Virus record (IMG/VR): IMGVR_UViG_3300034073_005389
Span: 62,001 to 126,000 of that record
Strand: one strand, 5' to 3'
DNA length: 64,000 nucleotides
Made by a program: the position numbers and the translations under genes. The notes beneath the pieces are model-generated. The model was not told where the DNA came from. It ran no database searches and saw only the letters and a program-made list of their open reading frames with translations. Shown piece by piece: positions 32,482 through 41,145 of this stretch (position 1 is its first letter; every line of letters starts with the position of its first letter).

Positions 32482-32808
32482 TTATCTATCTTTGCAAACT
32501 AATTGACCATCTACGTAAAGTTCTCCCCCACCACCTAAAAGACGATATGTCTCATACGCCCCCAGTTTTCCAATATCAGATCTTTCTTTTTCATTAGTAC
32601 AATTTCTTAATAAATTATCATATTTTTTAAATAATAATAACATATCTTTTTCGCAACCAACTAGCCTAGCATGGCTTAGTAGCCTGCGACGAGTCTCTTG
32701 CTCAGGTAATACCTTATTACTAAGATTATCTGGATTAGTCGCATCAATAGAAATATCACCTATTGACAGGCTTTTAATAATCTCTATATTCTCATCATTC
32801 TTGCTCAT
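32482..32808 (-). CDS. Hypothetical protein
   Basis: Likely start MSKNDE at 32808 with an AAGGA RBS. Confidence 0.55.
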   Translation of the reverse strand: MSKNDENIEIIKSLSIGDISIDATNPDNLSNKVLPEQETRRRLLSHARLVGCEKDMLLLFKKYDNLLRNCTNEKERSDIGKLGAYETYRLLGGGGELYVDGQLVCKDR

Positions 32809-33136
32809 GTCTTCCTTTATGAATTTTAAATGCCTTATTTTTAAAATTAAAATATGAAGTATCAATACCCTCTATATTTCTTTTGCCATCTAACTCATAT
32901 ACTAAAATTCTTTTGTTAGGTAATTTAGTAGATGGATAAACTCCAATAATCTTTAACTTGTTACTATGAGTCAATGCATGACAATTGGCACATAATATTG
33001 CTAAATTATAATCATGATTATTGGTATTTACTTCTGTTCTCTCTATAATATGATGTAAATGTAATAGATTAGGGTCAGTTATGTTGCAAGTTTCTATTTC
33101 ACATTTATTTTTAATTAACTTACTTTTTTTCATCAA
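32795..33136 (-). CDS. Small HNH endonuclease
   Basis: C..C, HLHHII...NLAILCANCH...H. Confidence 0.75.
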   Translation of the reverse strand: MMKKSKLIKNKCEIETCNITDPNLLHLHHIIERTEVNTNNHDYNLAILCANCHALTHSNKLKIIGVYPSTKLPNKRILVYELDGKRNIEGIDTSYFNFKNKAFKIHKGRHEQE

Positions 33137-35136
33137 CTAAATTCTTTCCAAACGAACGAAGCAATAAAGTTATCAGTACCATTTCCTATTTTTTGTACTG
33201 CTAATACCAACTCATCTCTTGTCCCCGTAATAGATGCTCCTAGAGAATAAGTTCCTTGAATAATACTGCTAATTGGAGCTGCTTTTTGATTTCCATACCC
33301 TGAAGCAATAATATATCCTCCAGTTAAATAATTTGTTAATGTTCTAGAAACATCATATTCAGCATCACTACCAGTAATAGGTGTCCAAGATGCGGCATCT
33401 ACTCCATTAATGGTGGGATTTACAACTAATGCCCACCTAAAGTTAGAATTTGAGCTAGTGCATAAAATATCAATAGCTTCTGGTCTAATTACTACGCCAT
33501 CACTTGTAGATATCGTTCTTAAAGAAATTAAAGGATATAATTGAAGATTATTTACACCAGTTAATGAAGTAACCCCTCTGTCTGCGGCATAGGAAAGTCC
33601 TGGATTTTCATACCCTCCTTCTGACAGAATTGAACAGCAAATTTGCTCTAAAGATGATGCTCCTCCAGAAATATTCTCTATTTCTGCTCTTATTGGCAAA
33701 TTAGGAGTTGACATATAAACTGAATTAATGATGTTTGCATGATCAAATTTATGAACATAGTAAAAAGCACCATTAATTACAAATCCACAACGAACAGTTC
33801 CTACTCCTAACCACTCCACATCAATAACAAATATTTGAGCTTTTGTTACATCTAAAGTAAGTCCGCTAGGACCAGTACCATCTAAACGATCAATATTCCA
33901 GTTAGCTTGTAAAGCTGTATTTTCAACTACTACTCCAGTTACCTTGCTTCTAATAACGATACTGTTGGTAGAACCATTATTTTGAAAATAAATGCCGTTA
34001 TCTTCATCAAAATAACCTATTTTTTTAGAAACTCCAGCAGAAGGAGTTCCCATAACAAAAGTATTTAATATTAAAAAGCTAAGACCAGCTTGATAATTAA
34101 ATCTAGTTCTAGTTTGATGAATAGCTTTATCACCAGGATTAGTTACCGTTAAAGTAGTAGATGCTCTATTTTGAGAATAAGTAGATCCACCACCTGCTGT
34201 TAAAGCAGTGTCCCAAATAAGTACTTGAGCATTATGTATTTGCTTACTTTCAAAGATAGTAAATGGAGTAGATACTCTAATTCTACCAAAAGCATCTAAT
34301 GCAGCATATCCATCTAAAGAAAGTGGAGCGCTTCCATTTGCATTTAAAATATTTACGTCTAATGCTTGATGATTTGCATTTATGCTAGTACTAGTCACAT
34401 CAGCAGCAGTTGTAGTTCCTTTTGCGCCGCCTCTTACAATAGCTTTTTGTGTACCACCAGTTAAAGTAGCATCTAACGCTAATCCATTAGTAGTACCAAT
34501 ATTAGCAGTAACTGTACCATCTACAGTTAGAGATCCACCATTATCAGTTACTGGTTGAGCGGTGGTGCCTGTAGGGTCAATACGTAATGGTCTAGCAGCT
34601 ATACCAGTCTCTACTGAGCCTCCAGGCGCACTGGCTCTTAATACGGTTCCTAATACATATTGTGCGCCGCCATTGGTATCTGCATCAAAGACCCTGGCAC
34701 CTTGCATATTGGTGCCATCATTGAATCCAGCAGCTGTGCCTAAGGCTGGAAAAAAATCATTAAAAGTAGAAGATGTTCCACCAATAGATCCTACATTTAA
34801 AGTAACAGCATTACTGGTTGTGACAGCATCATTTTGCACGCTAATAGTAGATGGTGCACCTGCCTTTAATCTAAACCAAACTTTTACAATACTAGGATCA
34901 GTAACAACAAGATTACTAGTTCCGGTGTTAATATTTAATTCTGCGTGTACAGAAATACCATTAAATGAGAGTTCTACTACACCTGGACCTTGATTAACAA
35001 ATAATAAAGAATTTTTACTTGTTAAAGTAACGGCTATATCTGCATTAGTTCCGAAATTTGGTGCAGAAACTACTAATTTTTGAAAAAAGAATTTTTCTTT
35101 ACCAAAATTAATAGGTCCTAATGGATTACTAATCAT
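33133..35136 (-). CDS. Virion fibre/appendage protein with C-terminal lectin-like domain
   Basis: N-terminal domain paralogous to the 119-aa neighbour; fibre-like stalk (QPVTDNGGSLTVDGTV); DAFGRIRVS...WLGVG head domain. Confidence 0.55.
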   Translation of the reverse strand: MISNPLGPINFGKEKFFFQKLVVSAPNFGTNADIAVTLTSKNSLLFVNQGPGVVELSFNGISVHAELNINTGTSNLVVTDPSIVKVWFRLKAGAPSTISVQNDAVTTSNAVTLNVGSIGGTSSTFNDFFPALGTAAGFNDGTNMQGARVFDADTNGGAQYVLGTVLRASAPGGSVETGIAARPLRIDPTGTTAQPVTDNGGSLTVDGTVTANIGTTNGLALDATLTGGTQKAIVRGGAKGTTTAADVTSTSINANHQALDVNILNANGSAPLSLDGYAALDAFGRIRVSTPFTIFESKQIHNAQVLIWDTALTAGGGSTYSQNRASTTLTVTNPGDKAIHQTRTRFNYQAGLSFLILNTFVMGTPSAGVSKKIGYFDEDNGIYFQNNGSTNSIVIRSKVTGVVVENTALQANWNIDRLDGTGPSGLTLDVTKAQIFVIDVEWLGVGTVRCGFVINGAFYYVHKFDHANIINSVYMSTPNLPIRAEIENISGGASSLEQICCSILSEGGYENPGLSYAADRGVTSLTGVNNLQLYPLISLRTISTSDGVVIRPEAIDILCTSSNSNFRWALVVNPTINGVDAASWTPITGSDAEYDVSRTLTNYLTGGYIIASGYGNQKAAPISSIIQGTYSLGASITGTRDELVLAVQKIGNGTDNFIASFVWKEFS

Positions 35137-35144
35137 AATTTCCC

Positions 35145-35504
35145 CTAGTCTTTACCCCATGCCTCTATTCTGATATCAACTGGACCAGTAGATCCAGCTT
35201 TTAATCTAAACCATATTAAACATACAGTTCTAAAATCAAAAACTAAGGCAGATGAGGCAGTGCCTGGAATCATTTCTCCGTGCACTGTAGTGCCGTTAAA
35301 AGAATATTCTATTGAATTAGTAGCACCAGTACCGTAATTAATAAATGATACGCCCTGAGTTGGGAAAGTAATAACAACATCAGGACCATATCCGTTTTGT
35401 ATAGTATATCCGTCAGGAGCGCCAAAATGCGTCCAATTCACAGGTAAAACTTGGAAAAAATTGAAATCTCTTCCTTGTTTTTTAGTAATATTTTTATAAG
35501 CCAT
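35145..35504 (-). CDS. Small beta-sandwich virion protein
   Basis: 119 aa with FFQ...EYSFNG..VHGE...WFRLKAG; GGAG RBS. Confidence 0.55.
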   Translation of the reverse strand: MAYKNITKKQGRDFNFFQVLPVNWTHFGAPDGYTIQNGYGPDVVITFPTQGVSFINYGTGATNSIEYSFNGTTVHGEMIPGTASSALVFDFRTVCLIWFRLKAGSTGPVDIRIEAWGKD

Positions 35505-35546
35505 ATTTTGCTCCTGAAATAATGATATTTTATTATTATATAAAAT

Positions 35547-35574
35547 AAAAAAAGCCAGAATAAATTCTGGCTTT
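35547..35574 (-). terminator. Rho-independent terminator
   Basis: AAAGCCAGAAT-aa-ATTCTGGCTTT with a U-tract on the minus strand. Confidence 0.7.
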
Positions 35575-35599
35575 AAAATAATACTATAATAATTGTATT

Positions 35600-36904
35600 C
35601 TACACTGCTTGTACTCGAAGGCGTCGAAACGTCATGGTGCCGCCGCCGCCGTGCGCCGCGACCAGCGAGAGGGGGCGCCCGAGAGGGTTAGATCCCTGCG
35701 TAAATGGAGCCTCGTAGCCGGTAGGCTTCAGCGCACTGTACAGCCATCGCAAGGTAGAGGTCCACGCAGAACTGTACGTTCCGAAATACTGACTAATCAT
35801 GCCAGAGGCAGTCAGACAGCCCACCGCCACATCGTTTCCGCTTCTGGCCAGGTAACGAGCAGCCCCTCCGCTGGATTGGGATTGCTCGGCAACACACAGA
35901 TCGCTTTGAGACTGTATGTAAGTATTCGCTACTCCACCTGTTCCGGCTAGATTGACGGTGCTCGGAAATCCGTTTTGACCGACGATCGGTCCTTCCGTAT
36001 CCCACCGAAAGTAGAAGCCGACCTGCGGGTTGCCGCTTCCGCTGAAGGTGCATTGAGCCCAGAAGATGAGGGTTTGGAAAGGGTTGGTGATGCCGAGCTG
36101 AGCAAACGTGGCGTATAGCTGCATGGTGCCAAAGCCGGAGCCTGTGAACACGAGCCCCGTTCCATTGACGATTGACAAAGTGGTCTGCGTCGGCTGGTTC
36201 AGGTTGCTCGTGAAGGTGGCGCTCCCGGTCGAACCGGCGAACGTGACCGTCTGCCCGGTCGTGATGGACTGGGTTGGAAGGCTCGCGAAGTCCACCTCGT
36301 ACACGGTTTGAGGACCGCCGCCGCTTGCGATCAGCGTACTCGAAGAAAGCGTCAATCCAGAGCCTACTGTAACCGCTGAACCATCTCCAGCAGTCAATTG
36401 AGAAGATGTACCAGAAAAAGTAGCTGCTGGTCCTGTAGCGCCTGTAGGTCCAATATCACCTGTAGCTCCTGTAGGTCCTGTAGGTCCAGTTATACCTATA
36501 GAACCTCTAGCGCCTGTAGCGCCTGTAGGTCCAGTGGCGCCAGTAGCGCCCGTAGGTCCTTGAGGTCCAGTAGGTCCAGGTTCAGGTAATATGCCAGGAG
36601 GAGGCAATGCCGGACTTTCTAAAGCTCCAACAATAAATGATTCTTGTTGAGGATCAAATTGCTCTAAATCTATGGAGCTAGATACTATTCTGATATCTCC
36701 CACTCTTATCTTATTAGCTACTTCTCCTTTTATTAAAGAACTTCTAATATCAGACTCCCCAATTCCTTCTATATTTAATAAATCGTATGTTTGCAAATAT
36801 TCTATTGGAGTATTAAATATAGTAATACGTTTTCTTTGTCTAGATATATTTTGAACAGTAAAATTAATAGATGTAAGTTTAGGATATAAATCAGTAGCTG
36901 CCAT
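35600..36904 (-). CDS. Collagen-like fibre protein with a high-GC C-terminal domain
   Basis: About 17 Gly-X-Y triplets (GPT/GAT); abrupt GC increase over the last ~250 codons; GGAG RBS. Confidence 0.75.
   Translation of the reverse strand: MAATDLYPKLTSINFTVQNISRQRKRITIFNTPIEYLQTYDLLNIEGIGESDIRSSLIKGEVANKIRVGDIRIVSSSIDLEQFDPQQESFIVGALESPALPPPGILPEPGPTGPQGPTGATGATGPTGATGARGSIGITGPTGPTGATGDIGPTGATGPAATFSGTSSQLTAGDGSAVTVGSGLTLSSSTLIASGGGPQTVYEVDFASLPTQSITTGQTVTFAGSTGSATFTSNLNQPTQTTLSIVNGTGLVFTGSGFGTMQLYATFAQLGITNPFQTLIFWAQCTFSGSGNPQVGFYFRWDTEGPIVGQNGFPSTVNLAGTGGVANTYIQSQSDLCVAEQSQSSGGAARYLARSGNDVAVGCLTASGMISQYFGTYSSAWTSTLRWLYSALKPTGYEAPFTQGSNPLGRPLSLVAAHGGGGTMTFRRLRVQAV
36425..36582 (-). repeat. 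Collagen Gly-X-Y coding repeat
   Basis: 9-nt periodic units such as GGACCTACA and GGCGCTACA. Confidence 0.85.
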
Positions 36905-36971
36905 ATAATCTCCTATATTATTTATATTATAAATAATTTATAATACTATGTAAAAATATTAACTTAATTAT

Positions 36972-36997
36972 AAAAAAGCCAGGCATCAACCTGGCTT
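36972..36997 (-). terminator. Rho-independent terminator
   Basis: AAGCCAGG-catcaa-CCTGGCTT with a U-tract on the minus strand. Confidence 0.7.
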
Positions 36998-37024
36998 CAT
37001 TAGTTTGTATATCTAAAAATATTT

Positions 37025-38206
37025 TTATAATTTTTTATTAATCTCTATCCATTCATTTTCCCAAATAAAAACAAAATTGTATCCATTAGATCTAAATATT
37101 TTTTCTTTTTCAATTGTTCTACTATATAATTCTTTAAATGTTTTTTTACAAGTTTTATTATAATCATCTAAATTATAAATTTTAGGATTTCCATGATAAT
37201 AATCTCCCCAAAACTCATAAATTGTATTCGTCTCAGGAACATATGCATCTACTAAATATCTTTTTCCATTAATATATATTTTATGTTGTCGATATTTTTC
37301 ATCTATCTTTAGATAATTCAGCCACTCTATCTCTACTTTAGATATTCTATGAGAACAATAAGGACAATCACTACCCTTACTCCTAGCCCTCATATTAATC
37401 GATGCACTCCAACTATGACCCCTATTCTTACATATCCACCAAACTTTGTACCTACTACCACTTCCCGCAGTATACTCCTCCGGTCTTTTAACGTTTTTAC
37501 TATAATCCCATTCTACACATATCTCAGGATGAGTTACCAATAAATTATTCCTACTGTTTACACGCTTCCCAGCACAAAATGGACATCCTGTCTTACCATC
37601 TTTATAACTATTAACTACTCGATAAATTCTAGAATTAAAAACCTCATCACATTTTTTACATCTCCACTTCCCAATTTTAGCACTATAACTGCTTACCTGA
37701 TAAGCAAAAGGATGTAATAAATATCTAGATAACTCCGGATAATTTGACTCTAAACTATTTATCAAACTTACTTTTTTACTAGTACAATATGGACACCCTA
37801 TCTTATAAATAGTGCGGTTACATATTTTTTGATTAAAAAATAAATTGCACTTAGAACACTTCCACTCTACAACCTTGTCACTACCATAATTTAATAAATT
37901 ATAATCTTCTATGTTATTCTTTGACCACTCTAATATTAAATCAGGAGAATGCTGCGCTAAACTAGTTTTTAACTTAGCACTCCTAACTTGATTGGCAGGA
38001 TAATGCCTACATATCTTGGATTCATGAGATTTACGACGAAACCAATCCTTTAAAGAAATATAATACTCCTTCCCATTACATCGATTGCAATTAAAATAAT
38101 ATTTAATTTTTGAATATAATGTAATATTATCAGGAATAGGTCCGTTTTTAATAACATCCCACTCCAACTCCAATAAAGGATATTTAGCTAATAACTCACT
38201 TTTCAT
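37025..38206 (-). CDS. Zn-ribbon repeat protein with C-terminal PD-(D/E)xK / Vsr-like nuclease
   Basis: Repeated P.L..EW...N...W.C..C...CPYC units; C-terminal YLVDAY...IYEFWGDYYHGNP...IWENEW. Confidence 0.75.
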   Translation of the reverse strand: MKSELLAKYPLLELEWDVIKNGPIPDNITLYSKIKYYFNCNRCNGKEYYISLKDWFRRKSHESKICRHYPANQVRSAKLKTSLAQHSPDLILEWSKNNIEDYNLLNYGSDKVVEWKCSKCNLFFNQKICNRTIYKIGCPYCTSKKVSLINSLESNYPELSRYLLHPFAYQVSSYSAKIGKWRCKKCDEVFNSRIYRVVNSYKDGKTGCPFCAGKRVNSRNNLLVTHPEICVEWDYSKNVKRPEEYTAGSGSRYKVWWICKNRGHSWSASINMRARSKGSDCPYCSHRISKVEIEWLNYLKIDEKYRQHKIYINGKRYLVDAYVPETNTIYEFWGDYYHGNPKIYNLDDYNKTCKKTFKELYSRTIEKEKIFRSNGYNFVFIWENEWIEINKKL

Positions 38207-40340
38207 TTTTAAATATATAAACTAATTCACTCTTGGTGACCCCAGCCGTCTTAGTCAAATGCGACCTAACAGTCCTTAGGCTCACTTCTTCTACCACATT
38301 TCCAAATACCTCTGCCGCCATATTTACCATTCTAGGATAATTCTTCACGTTCAATCCAAAGTATTTCCCAGCTTTTAACATATATTTCGCATTCTCTAAG
38401 GTATTCTTCCAATATACATTGTAAAAATAATCCTCTCCCTTACTATACGCTTGACGATTATCTAAACAATAGACCTCTTGGGAATAATATGGTGGCGAAC
38501 TAAATACAAAATCTACACTATTCTCCCCTAACTTTACATTCTCCGATCCATCATTAATCAATGTCACATTCTCTAAACCTAATCCATCTTTCATCACTTC
38601 TAACTCATCTGTGGTCCATGGATCAACTCCAATATACTTTCTTCCACAACTAGCTGCCCCTAACATTCTACCTCCCCAACCAGCCGAGTAATCAAATACT
38701 GTCTCTCCCTTTCCGCTGTATTTCATATACAGGTATTTTGCAATTCCTGGCTTAAAAATAGAAATGCTAGGAACTACTCTAGATGATCTCATTCCCTGAA
38801 TTAACATCCTAAATGAAATATTAAATGTCTCTGTATTGTTAGGATCCTTCCAATCTAATCCTAACCTATTTTGAATAAGTTTGCGTAACTTATCATCATT
38901 ATTAAATATGTCTTTCATAGTAGGTTGCTTGTATTCTGTAGCATCATAAAACTTATGACAATAATATTTGCAAATATCTGTAGCCAATGAATCATTGTTA
39001 AATAACTCATTTACCGATAAATCAGGAGCATACTCTACTAGTTCTTTCCAACTTTTCTTTACTTCTGATAAATTATTTGGATACTGCCAGCCCAATGCCC
39101 TAAAGTGCTGAAATAATGGCTCAATTAATTCAAATCGCTCATCTCTGCTCAATGTCTTAACATAACTAGCTGTCAACAATTTTCCATTTATTTCTACAAT
39201 TTTATCGTAGTTAGTTCTATTATTGTTAGTGGTGCTTTTAATAGGATGATATTTATTATCACTGACTATTTTAGATACTGTTCTAGGATGTACTTGATGT
39301 TGTTTAGCTACTTCAACCAATTTAGCTCCATCCTCTACTTTATTAAGTATACTAATTTTAGCATCTTCTGATACTTTGTATTCTGTTCTAGAGAATCTAC
39401 GATTACCTTGTTGCTCTGCTAACTCTAGCATTCTTGTATATTTACGATCTAATCTAGTACTTTCTGTAGAGTCTTGGTATAGCCAAGTAGCTAATTTTAG
39501 TACTTTCTCATTGCCATTAGACTCTAATTCATAAGTATTATTGCCTGTTTTAGAAATACAACTTAAATTAACAATTAAATCTAATTCTTTTAAGATGATA
39601 CGTTGAATGGCTTCTCCACATTCTTTGGTGGTAGCTAAAGACCATTTCCATTCATTGTTGGAGCGATGTGCTAAACTACCATCTCCATCAAACATACCTC
39701 TTATAAATGGAACTGTAAATTGATTATCTAGCCATTGGGGATAGGTGATAATAAAGCTTTTGGCTCTAGGAACGCCCAAAGTTTTCATTTTTTCACATAA
39801 ATGTTTGCTGTATAGTCTAATACAACAAGTAGGATATTTTTTATCATTTAAATCAGATAAATATCTTTTTACTTTAGAATTTGGCAACCCAACAAAATTT
39901 GATAATTTAATTAAATGATTATAATCTTCGTCTTTTAAAGTAACACTAAAAGTACTTGTAATATCAGAATTATACGCATCTGCATAAAAAAAGCCTAACC
40001 AGTATGCTTTTTCTTGCGTATCAATAATGTCAAAAATATTCTCATTAAATTGAGTAAATCTGTGAGAAGAAGACTTGTCTCTCAATGCTCCCTTTTGATC
40101 TACCCATTTTTGAACTCGTCTTTTGTCAATATTGTATTTCATACCAAGAGATTTGGCGCTTACTCCTTGTTGATAAAGATCAACAATAAAAGGTATTTTA
40201 TCTTCAGTAAATTCCTCTCTAACTAAACAATAATTATTATCTTTAATTATTTGTTTTACTTCTTTTTCTTCCATATTTAATAATATAGAAATTCTTTTTG
40301 CCGCCAATCCATTCTCTGCCATCTCTTTTATTGTATTCAT
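38196..40340 (-). CDS. HTH-LAGLIDADG-HTH-amino-DNA methyltransferase fusion
   Basis: YWLGFFYADA and FIRGMFDGDGS; C-terminal VFDYSAGWGGR (SAM-binding motif I) and VFSSPPY (motif IV). Confidence 0.8.
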   Translation of the reverse strand: MNTIKEMAENGLAAKRISILLNMEEKEVKQIIKDNNYCLVREEFTEDKIPFIVDLYQQGVSAKSLGMKYNIDKRRVQKWVDQKGALRDKSSSHRFTQFNENIFDIIDTQEKAYWLGFFYADAYNSDITSTFSVTLKDEDYNHLIKLSNFVGLPNSKVKRYLSDLNDKKYPTCCIRLYSKHLCEKMKTLGVPRAKSFIITYPQWLDNQFTVPFIRGMFDGDGSLAHRSNNEWKWSLATTKECGEAIQRIILKELDLIVNLSCISKTGNNTYELESNGNEKVLKLATWLYQDSTESTRLDRKYTRMLELAEQQGNRRFSRTEYKVSEDAKISILNKVEDGAKLVEVAKQHQVHPRTVSKIVSDNKYHPIKSTTNNNRTNYDKIVEINGKLLTASYVKTLSRDERFELIEPLFQHFRALGWQYPNNLSEVKKSWKELVEYAPDLSVNELFNNDSLATDICKYYCHKFYDATEYKQPTMKDIFNNDDKLRKLIQNRLGLDWKDPNNTETFNISFRMLIQGMRSSRVVPSISIFKPGIAKYLYMKYSGKGETVFDYSAGWGGRMLGAASCGRKYIGVDPWTTDELEVMKDGLGLENVTLINDGSENVKLGENSVDFVFSSPPYYSQEVYCLDNRQAYSKGEDYFYNVYWKNTLENAKYMLKAGKYFGLNVKNYPRMVNMAAEVFGNVVEEVSLRTVRSHLTKTAGVTKSELVYIFKNEK

Positions 40341-40374
40341 ATTTTATAACCTTTGTAACAGTGAGTCCATCTCT

Positions 40375-40402
40375 AATATAGAGATATATCACATATTGTC
40401 AA
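40375..40402 (-). promoter_or_regulatory. Sigma70-like promoter upstream of the LAGLIDADG-MTase gene
   Basis: TTGACA-N16-TATATT on the minus strand, 35 nt upstream of the ATG. Confidence 0.5.
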
Positions 40403-40967
40403 GGTTCATTTTTAATTTTATATTTAAATATATTTTTTCTATAAAATTTATAAATTGATCATGGCTCATGGTTCTTTTGCACATATTACATGTTTTGCAG
40501 CAAACAACTACATTATCGATGGTATGAGGTTTAAATTGATTTATTCTATCTAGACCATTATAAATAAAGAATCCATTTTCTTTTGCATCTTTAGATCTTC
40601 GCGCGTCATAAAAAGATTCATTATATTTACCATTGGGTTCACTATTGCAATAATAACAATTTAAAGAAGATAATGTTAAAAACATTTCAAAAGAAATATC
40701 TCCATCTGAATATCTATTTTTATATATTTTTCTAGCAGAAGCTTCTTGTGGAGAATATTTTTTCCTAGCTTGTGTCATTTTTTTAATTCTATTTTTTCTT
40801 TGCTCTATATTTAAACATCCACAAGATTTAACTCTACCAGATCTTAATTTGTTAGTTGTTACTATTTTGTTTGTACCACAATCACATCGACAAAGCCACT
40901 TTGATTTAGCTTCTTCTATTACTTCTAATCTAGTAAATTTTATTCCAATAAGATTAATTTTTTTCAT
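40389..40967 (-). CDS. HNH homing endonuclease
   Basis: WLCRCDCG...KSCGC N-terminal module; CYYC...NGLDRI...NVVVCCKTCNMCK. Confidence 0.8.
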   Translation of the reverse strand: MKKINLIGIKFTRLEVIEEAKSKWLCRCDCGTNKIVTTNKLRSGRVKSCGCLNIEQRKNRIKKMTQARKKYSPQEASARKIYKNRYSDGDISFEMFLTLSSLNCYYCNSEPNGKYNESFYDARRSKDAKENGFFIYNGLDRINQFKPHTIDNVVVCCKTCNMCKRTMSHDQFINFIEKIYLNIKLKMNLDNM

Positions 40968-41089
40968 ATTATTATAATATACCAGTACTCAAAACAAAAT
41001 AAATTTAAAATTTTAACAAAATACTGTCTTGGCTCACATAAAATGCTGACAAGGTTCATGTATAAAAATACATGTTGTACAGGTAAAAT

Positions 41090-41120
41090 AAAAAGAGCTG
41101 CGATTGCTCGCAGCTCTTTT
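41090..41120 (-). terminator. Terminator after the major capsid gene
   Basis: AAAAGAGCTGCGA-ttgc-TCGCAGCTCTTTT; GCAA tetraloop on the minus strand. Confidence 0.85.
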
Positions 41121-41145
41121 ACAAGCTTTTTAAGCTGTTTTAGTA

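Noticed and set aside
35609-36311. Several overlapping ORFs in the high-GC segment; possible diversity-generating retroelement target
   Set aside because: High GC suppresses stop codons. No template repeat or reverse transcriptase is visible in the window.
38196-40340. LAGLIDADG domain of the MTase gene as an intein or intron ORF
   Set aside because: No Cys/Ser block A, no terminal HN/SN, and no group I core elements were seen around it.
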